Both the position numbers and the translations under genes were made by a program. Source: Cirrosporium novae-zelandiae (lineage: Eukaryota). Taken from it: a stretch of 64,000 bases of DNA. The notes below the pieces were generated by a model that searched no databases, was not told the DNA's origin, and saw only the letters and a list, made by a program, of their open reading frames with translations. This document shows positions 61,845 to 64,000 of this stretch, piece after piece (the stretch's first letter is position 1; each line of letters opens with the position of its first letter). Location: assembly GCA_026023565.1 (NCBI GenBank), contig JAPETS010000002.1, positions 1,178,001 to 1,242,000 of the forward strand, written 5' to 3'.

Positions 61845-63602
61845 AAATTAAACACCCATATCATCTTTTCTCTTAATGGAGCAAGGGGATAATTTGAATT
61901 ATTCGCCGATGGGAATATAGGCTACCGTTGTTATCTTACCCTCCCAAAATTATAATGACAACGAAGACAAACGGGCTATCGACAATCTGCCTATCTTATA
62001 TAACAATTCCACGCCTGCAATTGTCAGTCACCGATAATGAGATAATCGATATGGTTTCAACGAAGAACCTATCAAGAGTTTCCGGCATAAATCTAGGGTT
62101 TGATGAAACCAAAAAAAAAAACTAAAAAAACAAAAACAAAAAACAAGTTGATGAGAGGTAGAGAAGGATAGGACCTCCGGATTTTTAATCAGGGGTGATT
62201 TTATACATACATACGTACATACCGCATGGACTGATAATGGCGCAACGCACACATCACATTCACTCAACATCCCTCCCTAACTTGTCTTAATCATTCTACC
62301 CCCCTCGTTATAGAATGCTCTTGATTTTATTTACTACATAAGTTTATACTCCCTCTTATTATTTCCGAGTAAAGTAGGTAATTCTTAAAGCGTAGCCGGC
62401 GCACGTATATTATATAGTCGGTTGTAGTTGTCATGAGCCAAAGGTATAAAAGAAGGCTAAGCCTTGTTATATTCCATGGTGGTGGCCACAACGAGTCTTA
62501 GATGCACATCTACATCTACATGTATGTACTTACTACCTACCTTGCATGCACGCCACGCGCGCAGAGGTGAAGGAAAGGAAAAAGCTACACTTACACACTC
62601 ACACTCATAAATTGTTTTTTTTTTCTCTTCACTATTCCCTCCCTTGTGGAGTAAGTAGTGTAGTGTAGTGTAGTGTAGTGTAGTTACTATAAAGTAATGG
62701 TAAATAAATAAATAATTTTAAAGTACGTGTGTACATATATAATTGAAATTGTAATTGATGATGATAGATTAGTTAGTTAATTAAGTAAATCAATGTTTAA
62801 AAACCCAATATGGATATATAAATATAGATATAGATATGAAAAGTTGGTATAAAGTATACTCAAAAGTAACCCAGGTAGTTAAATTTGTGTTTCCTGAATG
62901 TTACGGTTTCATGCGAAAAACTTGCTTGGTTTTCATTTTTTGGGTGTGCCCTTTAGTCTAGGTCTTATTTATGCTAATTACTTTACATCTGCCTCGGTAC
63001 TTTTCTAATATGTTTTCCCTTTCCAATCGTAACACTGAACCTGCGTTTGCTTTGCTTGTATCTACATTCTAAAGAGCTTACGATAAATACGATGATTATA
63101 GTATGGTATGGTATGGAAAGTATGCAATACACCAACTAAACCAAACCAAACCCACTTCCAACTTCGAAAAATTCCAACATTCCAACTTCTAGATAGTCTA
63201 TCACCTAGTCTATAGAGCACAATATCTACTAACTTATCCCGTTCTAGCATCTAGCAGTAGCAAGGTGAATTTTGAATCCCATGCGAATACGAATACAAGT
63301 ACTCTACGTCACCCCTCGGCTCAGTAGCACTAGATATTATTATAAAACTAATAAACTACTATTTAGAATTTTAACAACAATTATAATAATAGCATAGAGA
63401 GAGAGAGAGAGAGAGAGTCATATGGTATTAAATGTGTACATTTAAAGTCAAGCTCCCTGCTCTAGTTAATTAGTACTTCCCGCTTCTACAGTAATTACCC
63501 TCTTAACAGATGTGGTATCTCGAAGGCTAATAATTAAGGACCCCTGGATGTCCCCCCCCCCCCACCACCCAATCAATCCACCTTCAATTAATCAACCCAC
63601 GG

Positions 63603-64000
63603 CTAGTTTAAAAGGGTAGGGTTCTCCTCAGCAAAAATCTGAGAGGGACTGCTGCTGCTTCGATTAGGTGGTGATACTGCGAATCGAGGGTTTGGTCCTT
63701 GGGAATTTGACCTGGTGGTACCTTCTTCCAAGCCGAGCCTTACTGTGGTTTCCAACTCGAAAACTTCTCGTCGTCCACTACGTCCTGCCATGGGAGGTTC
63801 AGAGATAATGCTGTCCGGACTAAATGGTGTTCCTGATACTGGCACCAGATTATTCCTATTTGGGATGTCACTTTCCAACTCATATATTTGTTGTTGGTGG
63901 GGATCTAAGTGCGTAATAGCTGTTCCGTCCAACTCTAGCAAAGGTCGATTTGGCTCAGCTGAGGTGTAGTCTTTGGACAGCCGGGATTTTTTAAATTTCA
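63603..64000 (-). CDS. 3' end (partial) of a hypothetical protein, probably the cytoplasmic tail of a single-pass membrane protein
   Basis: Frame open from the window edge: KFKKSRLSKDYTSAEPNRPLLELDG...IYELES...VFELET...; stop at 63603. A basic stretch plus repeated (Y/F)ELE/ELDG motifs is typical of fungal membrane-protein tails. Confidence 0.65.
   Translation of the reverse strand, partial: KFKKSRLSKDYTSAEPNRPLLELDGTAITHLDPHQQQIYELESDIPNRNNLVPVSGTPFSPDSIISEPPMAGRSGRREVFELETTVRLGLEEGTTRSNSQGPNPRFAVSPPNRSSSSPSQIFAEENPTLLN

Noticed and set aside
1..64000. Transposons, CRISPR arrays, tRNA/rRNA genes, secondary-metabolite core genes
   Set aside because: I recognised no transposase or RT ORF, LTR/TIR pair, repeat-spacer array, tRNA boxes, or PKS/NRPS. 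Decayed elements cannot be excluded by eye.

Overview
Eukaryotic DNA from a filamentous ascomycete (Pezizomycotina, most likely Eurotiomycetes by protein similarity; inference). The window is gene-dense, with about 23 intron-containing, mostly housekeeping genes, many in head-to-head pairs. In order: TFIP11/Ntr1-like (partial), a hypothetical, a SIT4-associated SAP protein, VPS60, an Nramp/SMF transporter, a formin-GBD-only protein, a hypothetical, KGD1, TFB1, MnSOD, an amino-acid permease paired with a PhyH-type dioxygenase, SEC31, an RRM-only cyclophilin-E-like protein, an NDUFA4/MLRQ-like protein, COX12, MRP49, GET2, RER2, a thioredoxin-fold membrane protein, a Psg1-like protein, a YTH-domain protein and a partial membrane protein. 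I reconstructed the exons by hand from GT/AG sites, branch points and reading-frame continuity; none is transcript-verified. I found no transposon, tRNA, rRNA or CRISPR. The most interesting signals are in RNA processing and regulation: (1) a candidate stop-containing poison micro-exon inside the YTH domain; (2) 3-nt micro-exons in neighbouring COX12 and MRP49; (3) a SAP gene with up to three alternative C-termini; (4) an NDUFA4-like gene sharing a promoter with COX12; (5) an identical 16-mer in two neighbouring bidirectional promoters; (6) a GATA-rich permease/dioxygenase pair; (7) an unexplained hairpin-rich island in a 5-kb gap without a recognisable gene. I cannot claim a proven novel system; these are testable leads.
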